From Mobula hypostoma (taxonomy: Eukaryota), in the NCBI RefSeq assembly GCF_963921235.1, contig NC_086126.1, forward strand, positions 12,338,001-12,402,000: a stretch of DNA of 64,000 nt, written 5' to 3'. The notes below the pieces were generated by a model. It made no database searches. It was not told where the DNA came from and saw only the letters and a list, made by a program, of their open reading frames with translations. The first letter of the stretch is position 1, and every line of letters begins with the position of its first letter. The position numbers and the translations under genes were made by a program. Of the stretch, positions 51,836-64,000 are shown in pieces.

Positions 51836-51967
51836 ATGGGGCCGGTACTGGTGGTATTGGTGTTGATGCTGGGGGCGGCGGAGGTGGTGACGCCCTGCAT
51901 GCCGGGCGACCTCTGCCCCGTGCCCATGCACGTGACTGAATCTTCTTGCTCCAGGACGGCCAAGTGA
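51836..51967 (+). pseudogene. Cystatin A4: in-frame exon 1-exon 3 fusion, 43-aa intronless ORF
   Basis: MGPVLVVLVLMLGAAEVVTPCMPGDLCPVP|MHVTESSCSRTAK*; junction at a shared CCCA; promoter block and 3' UTR retained. Confidence 0.85.
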
Positions 51968-54058
51968 CCGGTCTGTAGGAACCCGGCAACACACAGCATG
52001 GCGTGCGCCGTTCAGCTAAATCAATAATTTTGATGACCAGGTCAAATGGATACGAATACAGCACTTTACCACGCCCGGGTCGCCTCGTAATGCAATCTCC
52101 ACAACGCACACACAAAAACGCGCGTGTGTACACACTCGCTCACTAATATACATTCCCCGGGCTACTATCCCTCTCTCTCTCATAAGCCATTCACCCCCGG
52201 GGAGAAACACAGCATTTTGTCCGAGTTCCCCTCACTTAAGGTCGCCCGTGGGAATTCAGAATTCTGGCGCAAACTCGAGGAAATGGTTGAAATTCACCAG
52301 ATGCACCCTAAAGATATACACGTGTTAGTGAAAGCGAAGTGACGAGGAAGGTGCGGGACAGGATGTCCCAGGGGGCGCAAGTAGTATCTGGGTTTCTACT
52401 CACGAGCTGACCGCTTATTAGCATAATTGTATAATTTAGCTGCAAATGTATGTTTTTATGCTTGCGCAATAAAGCTTTTGCATTCTGAGTCTGCCTGTGT
52501 TTGCAATGTTAACAGCGTAACTCGGTGAATTAGGTCGACCCAGCACCGATCACCATGGACTATAGTGCGCTCAGCGATCGTGGTTACACCCAGCATCTCG
52601 ATTGGAGCGACGGGTCTCAGTCAGTGGTGTAATTTCAAATGTGGCAGGTGGGTGTGAGACCAGAGGACTCGGCCTCAGAATAGAGGGCCGTCCTTTTAGG
52701 AGGGAGAGCAGTAATTTCTTCAGCCAGACAGTGGTGAATCTGTGGAATTCGTTGCCACAGGCAAGCCTTTGAGTACGTTTAAGACAGAGATTGATAGATT
52801 CTCGACTGATCAGGGTATGAAGTAACACGGGGAGATGGCAGGAGATTGGGAGCTGAGAGGGAAAATGGTGAAATGGCGGAGCAGATTCGACGGGCCAAAT
52901 GGCCTAATTCTGCCTTTATATCTCACGGCCTTATAAAGTGTATTCATCATGCAAAATATAAAGTTTCACGCTCTAATCAGGAACATTCTCCAGAGCATCA
53001 ACGTCCTTCCTCTGGTGGGGAGACGAGCACTATACGCAATACTCCAGATCTGAGTTTTATGAAGTCAGTCAATCTCACCGGGCGAAGATTTTCGTCAGTC
53101 AGACGTGAAAGTGTGCATTGCCTTAACGTCGACAAAATCTCCAACCCCGGTCCTAATGCCCTTCACCTCTTCATCCCAAACCGTTACCCACGACTCAGTT
53201 CTTGCCAAAATCCATTTCATCCTGTCACTTCGCTTCCCGATCTGAACTTACCGTCGACTGCACTCAGTCACAAACCATCGACTCCCGTCAGGCTCGTCGC
53301 CAGCGGCGACGATATCCAGAACACAATGCGGTTTCATCCCCGAAGGGAAAAGATGCATTTTTTCCTCTGCCCCCGGCCCACCTGACTTCACCTGTCACGT
53401 TTGATCTTATCCTCATTCCCACATCATGTTTTTATATTCTGCCATCTTCCCCTTCCTCTCCAGCCCTGATGAAGGCTCTCGGCCCAAAACGGCGGCTGTT
53501 TATTCCTTTCCATAGATGCTGGGTTCCTTCACCATTTTGTGTGTCTATTAGTGAGGGATTTAGGGAGAAGGAGTCGGGTGGAAGATGGAAGGGAGTTTGG
53601 GGAGGAAGGGGGCGAGAGATGGGAGGGAAGGGCGAGCGCTGTCGAGAGGAGGGTCGGGTAGGAGTGAAGGAGAGGACGAGCCCGGGAGCCGGAGGATTGT
53701 TGGAGTGTGTGGAGACGTTGAAGGAGGGGGAGCGGTGCTCCCACAGCAGAGCTCCTGTGCAGGGGAGGTGGGGCCGGGGTGGTGGAGGTTGAACAGCAGA
53801 GAGGAGGTGATGGGTGGCGACCTGCCGTACCCTCCCGGCCGGATACATGCGCACCCTTTTACAGAGCTTTCGAGGGGTTTTCCTCACCAGACTTGTATCA
53901 GGAGCCCAGACTGTGGTCCTTCCCCATCGAGCCCGGGCACTGGCTGTGCCGGCACGGCCCCGAAGCCTGGAGCCTGCCACTCGGCACCATTTCCCACTGC
54001 CCCGGTGTAGGATGTTTTCATCATTCCCCGCCCCTCTGACGGTAAGGTGCTCTTCCAG

Positions 54059-54172
54059 GGTGTGGTGGGGATAAATTACCGTCTGTCCCGGGAGCTGAGG
54101 ACCCCCACCTGCAAGAAGACTGCGCATGATATCCCGGACTGTCCCTTCCACAGGAGTCCTCTATATGCCTAG
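54059..54172 (+). pseudogene. Cystatin B4 exon 2 (exon 3 deleted)
   Basis: ag|GVVGINYRLSRELRTPTCKKTAHDIPDCPFHRSPLYA*; keeps the xVxG-INY pattern; last codon AAG>TAG. Confidence 0.8.
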
Positions 54173-54439
54173 GTGATCGAGAAGCAATACTCCTGTCCCC
54201 AGGTCAAACGGATACTAACACAGCCCTTTACGGGTGTGTGTGTGTGTGTGTGTGTGTGTACGTACACTCTATAATTGCTCGTCATGGACATCGAGGGGCC
54301 AAGTAACCCGCTTCTGTGCTCGACCGCTGTACGTTCTACGTTCGGTACTATCTGTGTTTCAACTCAACGGCTCACCAGTTATTATCATAATTGTATAATT
54401 AAGCCGTAAATGTATGTGTGTGTGTATATATATATATGC

Positions 54440-55240
54440 AAACACGAAGAATCCTGCAGATGCTGGAAATTCAAGCAACACACATCAAAGTTGCTGGTGA
54501 ACGCAGCAGGCCAGGCAGCATCTCTAGGAAGAGGTACAGTCGACGTTTCTGGCCGAGACCCTTTGTCAGGACTAACTGTAGGAGGAGCTAGTAAGACATT
54601 TCGAAGTGGGAGTGAGAGGGGGAGATTCAAAATGATAGGAGAAGACAGGAGGGGGAGGGATGGAGCCAAGATCTGGGCAGGTGATTGGCAAAAGGGATAT
54701 GAGAGGATAATGGCATCTCCCAGTAGCCACACATTTTAATTCCACATCCCATTCCCATTCTGATATGTCTATCGACGGCCTCCTCTACTGTAAAGATGAA
54801 GCGACACTCAGGTTGGAGGAACAACACCAATATTCCGTCTGGGTTGCCTCCAACCTGACGGCATGAACATTGACTTCTCTAACTTCCTCTACACATTGTT
54901 CTCTCTCTCTCTCCTTTTTCTCCCCCGTCCCTCTGACTATACCCCTTGCCCATCCTCTGGGTTTGCCCCCTCCCCCTTTTCCTTCTCCCTGGGCCTCCTG
55001 TCCATTATCCTCTCATATCCCTTTTGCCAATCACCTGTCCAGCTCTTGGCTCCATCCCTCCCCCTCCTGTCTTCTCCTACCATTTTGGATCTTCCCCTCT
55101 CCCTCCCACTTTTAAATCTCTTACTAGCTCTTCCTTCAGTTAGTCCTGACGAAGGGTCTCGGCCCGAAACGTCGACTGTACCTCTTCCTAGAGATGCTGT
55201 CTGGCCTGCTGCGTTCACCAGCAACTTTGATGTGTGTGTA
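54440..55240. mobile_element. Inverted PLE-end pair in the B4 3' UTR
   Basis: Same architecture as in the other B copies; AATAAA at 55283. Confidence 0.8.
55142..55177 (+). ncRNA. Minimal type I hammerhead ribozyme, intact core
   Basis: AGTC-CTGACGA-AGGGTCTCGGCCC-GAAA-CG-TC-GACT; predicted cleavage after C55173. Confidence 0.75.
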
Positions 55241-55741
55241 TGTATGTGTATATATATATATATATATATATAATTCTTCCGCAATAAAGCTTTTGCATTC
55301 TGAATCTGCCTGTGTCTGCAATGTTAACAGGGTAACATTAACAGCACTACCACCACGGGCTGTAGTGAGCTCGGTGATCGCGGTTAGACCCTGCACCTTG
55401 AACGGAGCGACAGGTCTCAGTCAGCGGTGCAATTTCAAACGTGGTGGGCGTGTCTAACAATAGAGCGCTGACATTTGAAAAGAGTGATGAGTAATTTCTT
55501 TAGCCAGAGCGATTCTTTGAAATTCTTTGCCAGAGGCGCTTTGGAGCCCAAGTCTTTATGTTTATTTAAGGCAGAGATTGATAGATTTTTGATTGGTCAG
55601 GGCAGGAAGGGATGAGGTGCGGAGGCGAAGGAGGTAGGAGATTCGGGGCTGATAGGAAATATGGATGAAATGACGCAGCAGACTCGAAGGCCTAATTTTG
55701 CTCCTATATCTTATGGTCTTAAAACTATATGAATCAAGGAC

Positions 55742-56497
55742 ATGACTGGCTGCATCACAGCCTGGCATGGGAACACCAAAACCTTCGAGTGGAAAATCCA
55801 ACAAAATGTAGTGGATTCGTCCCAGTCCATCACGGGTAAACCCTCCCCACCATTGAGCACGTCTACATGAAACATTGCCATCGGAGGCAAGCAGCATCCA
55901 TCATCAGAGACCCCCACCACCCAGGCCCTGCTCTCCTCTCGCTGCTGTCATCAGGTAGAAGGTACAAGAGCCTCGGGACTCACACCACGAGGTTCAGGAG
56001 TAGTTACTACCCCTCAACCATCAGGGTCTCCAACAAAAGGGGATAACTACATTCATCTATTGAGATGCCCCTACAACCAATCATATTACTTTAAGGACCG
56101 TTTATCTCATGTTCTCGTTATTTATTGATATTTGCATTTGCACAGTGTGTTGTCTTCTGCACTCCGGTTGATCTTTCACTGATCCAGTTTACAGTTACTA
56201 TTCTATGGATTTGCTGAGTCTGCCCGCAGGAAAATGAATCTCAGGGTTGTATGTCGTGACCCTGATAATAAATTTCACTTTAGCTTTGACTACAGCTTAT
56301 CGAATGTCCTGTACACTCAATGACAACTACATCAGGTGCCTCCTGCATCTAAAAAAGTGTCCGCTGAGTGTATGTTCATGATCTTCTGCTGTAGCCCGTC
56401 CGCTTCGAGGTTCGACGTGTTGTGTGTTCAGAGATGCAGTTCTGCACACCACTGTTGTAACACCTGGTTATTTGAACCAGTCTGGCCATTCTCCTCT
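55742..56497. mobile_element. Rex1/Babar fragment plus Tc1 remnant (unit start)
   Basis: Homologous to 24728-25485. Confidence 0.7.
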
Positions 56498-57599
56498 TGT
56501 AACGAGTACAAAGTTGCCACAGAGACACTGAATGAAGCTGGTGGATACAAAAGACTTTTATTCAACAAAATGAGAAGCTCTCGGGAGAAGAGACCTCGCG
56601 ACCCAATACTCTGTGACATTTTTATATGCCAAAGATCAAAGGCAAGAGCAGGACCATTCTATGGTTGCAATGTATCTACAGTGCTTCCTTTAGATTACAT
56701 GTAGTTTTCAATCACCTCCCTCTTCGCACCCACACTCCAGACACCCAGAATGTGTGTTAATCAGCGTTGTCCGGTTTGCAATCGACTACATCGCACAGCT
56801 CAGGGAGAGTTATTGTTCAGGACTGCACTTTGAATTCAATCTACAATCCATGTTCAGGTCTGCAGATTCGTCGCTGGTCAAATTAATATTTGCCATATAC
56901 CCGAACTCCTGAATAGGCCCTACCAGTCCACCCACTGATGAGCAAGGTGTTTTTTGCCATAGAACAGCCACTTACTAGATGCTTTGTTTCTGTTTTTCTG
57001 TGTTTCTTTGCACCATTCTCTGAAACGAGGAGCGGTGAACAGGAGGGCGTTTTGTTCACAAATTCATTCAGAACACCACTGCTAGACTTTGAGAGAGAAC
57101 ATCATTCGTGCCCGAGCTACTCTGCAATGGCTTCCTGTATATTTTGGGATTGATCTTAAAGTTTCCTTACTTGTTTTTAAAGTTCTTAATGGTCTGGGAT
57201 AGAAGTCTATATCAGAGAATGTAAATCAAAGGACCATTTTTGTTTTTCATCCCGCTTGAGCTCTCGGGACTTCACCCACTGGTCTCTTAGTATTATTTCA
57301 CAGCTCTCAGGCCTTCTCTATTCTCCGTAACCTTCGATTGCCTGGCCCTCACCACCTCATCTTCACCTTGGATGTTCAGCAAGTGGGTGGAGATGAGTCC
57401 ATGGCCAAATCAGTCATGATCTTATTGAGTGGCGGAGCAGGCTCGACGGGCCAGATGGCCGACTCCCGCTCCTATTTCTTATGACCAGCAGAGTAAAGGT
57501 GGTGGCTGTGTGTAGATGAGTGACCACTCCTGGCTCGATACACACAGACACCCTGTAGAGATGTTTTGAGGCCTTTCTGACTGTAAGGTGCTCTTCCAG

Positions 57600-57779
57600 G
57601 TGGCCTCGGGGCTCATGTACCATCTTACCCTGGGTCTCGGCCTGAAACGTCGACTGCACCTCTTCCTACATATGCTGCTTGGCCTGCTGTGTTCACCAGC
57701 AACTTTGATGTATGTTGTCTGCGGGAAGAGTTCAGTTTCCCGGAACTGTCCCTTCCTCGAGGATCTTCAATATGCCAAG
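57600..57779 (+). pseudogene. Cystatin A5: isolated exon 2 with in-frame PLE-derived insertion; exons 1 and 3 deleted
   Basis: VASGLMYHLTL[GLGLKRRLHLFLHMLLGLLCSPATLMYV]VCGKSSVSRNCPFLEDLQYAK, with intact AG and GT. Confidence 0.8.
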
Positions 57780-59612
57780 GTGAGCGATCAGTGCACTGGT
57801 GGTCTCGGGAGTGAGGGGCGGGGACACTGGAACCTGGTGGGGATTCACCAGATGCACCCTAAAGATATTCACGTGTTACTGAAAGCGAAGTGCCCGAGGA
57901 AGGTGCGGGACAGGATGTCCCGTGGGGTGCAAATAGTATCTGGGTTTCAACTCCCGGGCTGATTGCTTATTAACATAATTGTAGAATTAAACTGCAAATG
58001 TATGTTTTTATGCTTGCGCAATAAAGCTTTTGCATTCTGAGTCTGCCTGTGTTTGCAATGTTAACAGGGTGACTCGGTGAATGAGGTCGACCCAGCACTG
58101 ACCACCAGAGACTATAGTGCGCTCAGCGATCGTGGTTACACCCAGCATCTCGATAGCAGCGACGAGTCTCAGTCAGTGGTGCAATTTCAAATGTGGCGGG
58201 TGTGTATGAGACCAGAGGACTCGGCCTCAGAATAGAGGGCCGTCCTGTTAGGAGGGAGAGCAGTAATTTCTTCAGACAGAGAGTGGTGAATCTGTAGAAT
58301 TCGTTGCCACAGGCAAGCCTTTGAGTACGTTTAAGACAGAGATTGATAGATTCTCGACTGCTCAGGGTATGAAGTAATACGGGGAGAAGGCAGGAGATTG
58401 AGGGTTGGGAGAGAAAATGATGAAATGGCGGAGGAGATTCGACGGGCCAAATGGCCTAATTCTTCCTTTATATCTCACGGCCTTATGAAGTGTACTCATC
58501 ACGGAAAATGTACCGTTTCACGTTCTAATCAGGAACACTCTCCAGAACCTCAATGTCCTTCCTCTCGTGGGGCGATCAGAACTATCCGCAACACTCCAGA
58601 TCTGAGTTTTATGAAGTCTGTCACTCTAACCGGGTGAAGACTTTTGTCACAGTCAGACATGAAAGTGCTCAGTACCTTAACGTCGACAAAATCTCCAACC
58701 CCGGTCCTACTCCCCTTCACCTCCTCATCCCAACCCGTTACCCACGACTCAGTTCTTGCCAAATTCCATTTCATCCTGTCACTTCGCTTCCCGATCTGAA
58801 CTTACCGTCGGCTGCACTCAGTCACAAACCATCGACTCCCGTCGGGCTCGTCGTCAGCGGCGACGATATCCAGACCACACTGCGGTTTCATCCCCGAAGG
58901 GAAAAGTTGCATTCTTTCCTCTGTCCCCGGCCCACCTGGCTTCACCAGTCGCGTTTGAACTTATCCTCATTCCCACATCATGTTTTTACATGCTGCCATC
59001 TTCCCCTTCTTCTCCAGCCCTGATGAAGGCTCTCGGCCCGAAACGGCGGCTGTTTATTCCTTTCCATAGATGCTGGGTTCCTTCACCATTTTGTGTGTCT
59101 ATTAGTGAGGGGTTTAGGGAGAAGCGGTCGGGTGGAAGATGGAAGGGAGTTTGGGGAGGAAGGTGGGGAGAGATGGGAGGGAAGGGCGAGCGCTGTGGAG
59201 AGGAGGGTCGGGTAGGAGTGAAGGAGAGGACGAGTCCGGGAGCCGGAGGATTGTTGGAGTGTGTGGAGACGTTGAAGGAGGGGGAGCGGTGCTCCCACAG
59301 CAGAGCTCCTGTGCAGGGGAGGTGGGGCCGGGGTGGTGGAGGTTGAACAGCAGAGAGGAGGTGATGGGTGGCGACCTGCCGTACCCTCCCGGCCGGATAC
59401 ATGCGCACCCTTTTACAGAGCTTTCGAGGGGTTTTCCTCACCAGACTTGTATCAGGAGCCCAGACTGTGGTCCTTCCCCATCGAGCCCGGGCACTGGCTG
59501 TGCCGGCACGGCCCTGAAGCCTGGAGCCTGCCACTCGGCACCATTCCCCAGTGGCCCGGTGTAGGATGTTTTCATCATTCCACGCCCCTCTGACGGTAGG
59601 GTGCTCTTCCAG

Positions 59613-59913
59613 GGTGTGGAGCGGATAATTTACCGTGTGTCCCGGGACCTGAGGATCCCCACCTGCAAGAAGACTGCGCTTGATATCCCGGACTGTCCCT
59701 TCCACAGGAATCCTCTATATGCCTGGTCAGCGAGAGACAGGGAGATTTCATTAATCTGCCGGGGTACCGGTGGGGAATCTCTACTGGCTCCAATTTTTTC
59801 ATTCTCTCTCTCTCTCTCCGCAGAGAATCATCTGTAGATTTCAAGTCTGGGACCGCCCGTGTCTCGGGAGCGTGCAGATGATTGATGAGCAGCGCATCAG
59901 GGTGGCAAAGTGA
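59613..59913 (+). pseudogene. Cystatin B5 (exon 2 59613-59723 with donor deleted; exon 3 59824-59913)
   Basis: GVERIIYRVSRDLRIPTCKKTALDIPDCPFHRNPLYA; RIICRFQVWDRPCLGSVQMIDEQRIRVAK*. Confidence 0.8.
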
Positions 59914-60279
59914 CCGGACTGTAGGACCCCTGCGGTGCACACAGCTCTGCTGAAGCAACACTCCTGTCCCCAGGTCAAACGGATACTAACACGGCAATTT
60001 ACCTGTGTGTGTGTGTGTGTGTATACGTACACTCTCTCACTAACATGCATTCCCCGGGCCACTATCTCTCTTCCTCTTTCTCACACACACCAAGTTTGAG
60101 TTGGAACTCCTGTATAATCGCTCGTCATGGACATCGAGGGGCCAAGTAACCCGCTTCTGTGCTCGACCGCTGTACGTTCTACGTTCGGTACTATCTGTGT
60201 TTCAACTCAACGGCTCACCAGTTATTATCATAATTGTATAATTAAGCCGTAAATGTATGTGTGTGTGTATATATATATG

Positions 60280-60515
60280 CAAACACGAAGAATCCTGCAG
60301 ATGCTGGAAATTCAAGCAACACACATCAAAGTTGCTGGTGAACGCAGCAGGCCAGGCAGCATCTCTAGGAAGAGGTACAGTCGACGTTTCTGGCCGAGAC
60401 CCTTTGTCAGGACTAACTGTAGGAGAAGCTAGTAAGAGATTTGAAAATGGGAGGGGAGGGGGAGATCCAAAATGACAGAAGAAGACAGGAGCAGGAGGGA
60501 TGGAGCCAAGAGCTG
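60280..60515 (-). mobile_element. Single remaining arm of the PLE-end pair in the B5 3' UTR
   Basis: Matches 54440-54670; second arm deleted; AATAAA at 60554. Confidence 0.7.
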
Positions 60516-60626
60516 TGTGTGTATGTATATATATATATATTTTATTCTCCCGCAATAAAGCTTTTGCATTCTGAATCTGCCTGTGTCATTTCACTTTAGC
60601 TTTGACTGTAGCTTATCGAATGTCTT

Positions 60627-60842
60627 GTACACTCAATGGCCACTACATCTGGTGCCTCCTGTATCTAAAAGAGTGGCCACTGACTGCAGTTCATGATCTC
60701 CTGCTGTAGCCCGTCCACTTCAAAGTTCGACATGTTGTGTGTTCAGAGATGCTCTTCCGCATACCACTGTTGCAACGGGTGGTTATTTGAGTTACTGTCG
60801 CCTTCCTGTCAGCTTGAACCAGTCTGGCCATTCCCCTCTGGT
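60627..60842 (-). mobile_element. Tc1 remnant
   Basis: MARLVQADRKATVTQITTRCNSGMRKSISEHTTCRTLKWTGYSRR. Confidence 0.7.
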
Positions 60843-61674
60843 AACCAGAACAAAGTTGCCAGTGAGACACTGAATGAAGCTGGTGGATACAGAACAGTTT
60901 TATCCAACAAAATGAGAAGCTCTCGGAGGAAGAGGCCTCCCGACCCAATACTCTGTGACATTTTTGTATGCTAGAGATCAAAGGCAAGAGCAGGACCATT
61001 CTATAGTTGCAATGTATCTACAGTGCCTCCATTAGATTACGTGTAGTTTTCAATCACCTCCCGCTTCGTGCCCACACTCCAGCCACCCACAATGTGTGTT
61101 CGGCAGCGTTGTCCGGTCTGCAATCGACTCCAGCGCACAGCTCAGGTAGAGTTATTGTTCAGGACTGCACTTTCAATTCAATCTACAATCCACGTTCAGG
61201 TCTGCAGATTGATCGCTGGTGAAATTAATATTTGCCATATACCCCAACTCCAGAATACGCCCTGGCACTCCAACCACTCATGAGCAAGGTGTTTTTGCCC
61301 ACAGAACAGCCACTTACTGGATGTTTTGTTACTGTTTTTGTGTTTTTCCGCACTATTCTCTGAAACGAGCAGCGGTGGACAGGTGGGCGTTTCGTACACA
61401 AAATCATTCAGAACACCAGCGCTAGACTTTGAGAGAGAACATCATTCCTGCCCGACCTACTCTGCAATGGCTTCCTGGATGTTTTGCAATTGATCTTAAA
61501 GTTTCCTTACTTCTTTTTAAAGTTCTTAATAGTCTGGGATCGAAGTCTATATGAGAGAATGTACATCAAAGGACCATTTTTGTTCTTAATCCCGTTCAAG
61601 CTCTCGGGTCTTCCCCCACTGGTCTCTTAGTATTATTTTACAGTTCTCATGCCCTCTCTCTTCTCCGTAACCTT

Positions 61675-64000
61675 CCATTCCCTGGCCCTGACCACCTCAT
61701 CTTCACCTTATAAGTTCAGTCTCTCTTCCTCCCGCCTCCCCACCACCTCCCCACCCACCCGCAATCAGGAAGGCTTCAAAGCTTTTCCGCTTCTTCCTTG
61801 ACAGAAGAACCACCCAATCCCACTCCCGCACCACCCTCCTCCGCCTGGCGGACACGGTCCTCACCCCTCTCTCTCTCTCCGAACCTGACGGCTAGCGAAG
61901 GGCGCCGGCACGGGCCCTACCTATGCCTACTCGTTCATGTCGGCTGCACAGAACGGCCTACGCTCGAAGGCTTCCCCGGTTCTAACCCCCAACTCCTCCC
62001 TCGCGGCACTGACGACAGCATCGGCGCCGTTTCATCCACCCACGCTGAGCTCGTCAATTTTATCAACCTTGGCTCTAACTTCCACCCTGCCCTTACATTC
62101 ACTTGGTTCGTCTCTAACACCCACCTCTCCTTTCTTGTTCTCTCTGTCTCCGTATACAACCAGTCAACTGATATCTTTTATAAACCTGATTCCCATGGTT
62201 ATCTTGACCATAATTCTTCCCACCCCATCTCCTGGAAAAATGCTATTTGCTTTTCTCAATCTCTTCATCTTCAGGACGAGGCTTTCCATTCCAGGACATC
62301 AGAGATGTCCTCCTTCTTTAAAGAACCGCTCCCCCCCCCCTCTATTGATGCTGCCCTCACCCGCATCTCCTCCATTTCCCGATCATACAAGCTCACACCA
62401 TCTTCCCGCTGCCTTAATAGTGTTGGAGTCCCTTTTTTTCTTGCCTGCCCCTCCATTAACCTCCGCACCAAACACACCATCCGCCACAACTTCCACTGAC
62501 CCCCCACGAACACTCCACCTTCCACAGGGATCGTTCCCTCCATAATTCCCTTGTCTATTCATCCCTCCCCACTAATCTCCTTCCAGGCACTTACCCCTGC
62601 AAGTGGCCTACCCTGCCCAGTCACCTCCACTGATCACCCCAAACTGTCCTTCCAGGTGAGGCAGCACTTCACCTGCGAATCTGCTGGAGTCGTCGAATGT
62701 GTTCAGTGCTCCTGACGCAGCCACCTCTCCATCGCTGAGACCTACTGTCGGCCGTGGGGGAGTGAAAATCTGAAAGAAAGTGTCAAACACGAATTGGTCA
62801 GATTTAGTGGAAACAGACAAACCAATTGCCTTTGTTCTTGCCATGTGCTTGACGGAATGGAGTCCGACATTTTGTGAGGGTGCCCTGTAGCCTCCATCTT
62901 GTGAACTGTTCGAGAACTGATTCTTCCTCAGGGGTAATCGAATCAGAACAATTGAACGTTGTGAGAATGGGTTTCTGCTAAACCTGAGAACATTCTCAGA
63001 TAAGTTGTGCGTTGAGTACAATGGCAGGTTTCCAGAAGTCGTCTCGTTACCTCAATCCACTGTCTAAGTGACCTGGTTTGAACCAGAATCGAAGGAAACA
63101 GTAGAAGCTGTTTAGCTGTCGGACTAGATCCAGTGGGAAGGTGTTATAGGACAGTCAGATGACGCTGACACTGAAAGCAACATTTGAACTTGAATGGAAT
63201 GAAAAGAAAGCAGAGGCTTCAAATGCATCATAGCGATAACCTCGAAGAGTCATCATCGCAAGGAAGAAATTGCATGCCAGGGGCTGGGAGAAGAAGGATC
63301 TATCTTCTGAACAATGGGAGATTCCCGATTGTGGTGATTTGAAGTGGAGGAGCGGTTTGAATGAGTATTGGTTCACAGAAAAGAGTAGAATTCATGTTTT
63401 AAGTTGTTGGCCTGTTACATTTTTGTTCGTGCAGAGGCGAAAAAGTGCAAGATTCGACTAATTTCGAGTTATGTGGCAGTTTACTGGCCTGGTTCAGTTG
63501 ACGAACAGTCAACGCCGTAGGAAATTAAGGGGCCACTTCCAGCACCTGCACCACCACCACCCCCGTCTGCCACAAGCGAAACTTTTAATTCCGATTTCCA
63601 TTCCCGTTTCCGTTCTGGCGTGTCGGTGCAAGGCCAAAATGTGGTTACCCTCAGGGTGGAGAAACAACACCTTATATTCCGTCTGGGAAGCCTTCACCAC
63701 AATGTCATGAATATTAATTTTCTCCTTGTGGTATAAAAACGTTCCCCACCCCCTTCTTCCTGTTCCCAACTCTGACCTTTCACTTCTTATTACCTCCATC
63801 AGGGTCCCCTCCTCCTTCCCTTTCCCCTATGGTCCACTCTCCTCTCCCCTCTGGTTCCTTCCTCTCTCCCACTCACCCGGCTTCACCTATCACCTTCCAG
63901 CTAGCGTCCTTCCCCTCCCTCCAGCTGCTTGTCCAGACGTCTTTCCCCTTTCCTCTCAGTCCTGAAGAAAAGATCTTGGCCCAAAACCTCTCTTTTCCAT
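61675..64000 (+). mobile_element. Degenerate PLE (RT, interrupted GIY-YIG, 3' end running off the window)
   Basis: ORF 61798..62499 has PLE RT motifs; the last 430 bp match the sequence preceding each cystatin A. Confidence 0.75.

Noticed and set aside
51836-51967. Processed retrocopy explanation for intronless A4
   Set aside because: The junction is mid-exon, exon 2 is missing and genomic flanks are retained, so it is a DNA deletion.
1-64000. CRISPR arrays, tRNA or rRNA genes, prokaryotic operons
   Set aside because: None seen; the repeats are eukaryotic TEs, microsatellites and segmental duplications.

Overview
Eukaryotic, vertebrate DNA. The repeat content (CR1, Rex1/Babar, L2, Penelope-like and Tc1 elements) suggests a cartilaginous fish, probably a ray; this is inference. 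The window is a segmentally duplicated array of roughly 5-15 kb units, the first one (1-4631) inverted. Each unit carries up to two type-2 cystatin (cystatin C-like) paralogues. Family A has 3 exons: one canonical intact gene (32694-34824), one intact gene with both inhibitory loops remodelled and a stop-loss extension (18552-20729), one with a frameshift right after the ATG (6612-8732), one collapsed in frame to a 43-aa signal-peptide mini-ORF (51836-51967), and one fragment (57600-57779). Family B has six decayed copies with only exon 2 and/or exon 3 recognisable. Penelope-like element (PLE) ends carrying minimal hammerhead ribozymes lie just upstream of the A genes and, as an inverted pair, inside the 3' UTR of the B genes. 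Unit-specific insertions are a near full-length CR1, a Helitron with a nested CR1, and a 5'-truncated class I endogenous retrovirus (integrase, env, putative LTR). Exon coordinates were read directly from splice sites; element boundaries are approximate unless a TSD or terminus is cited.
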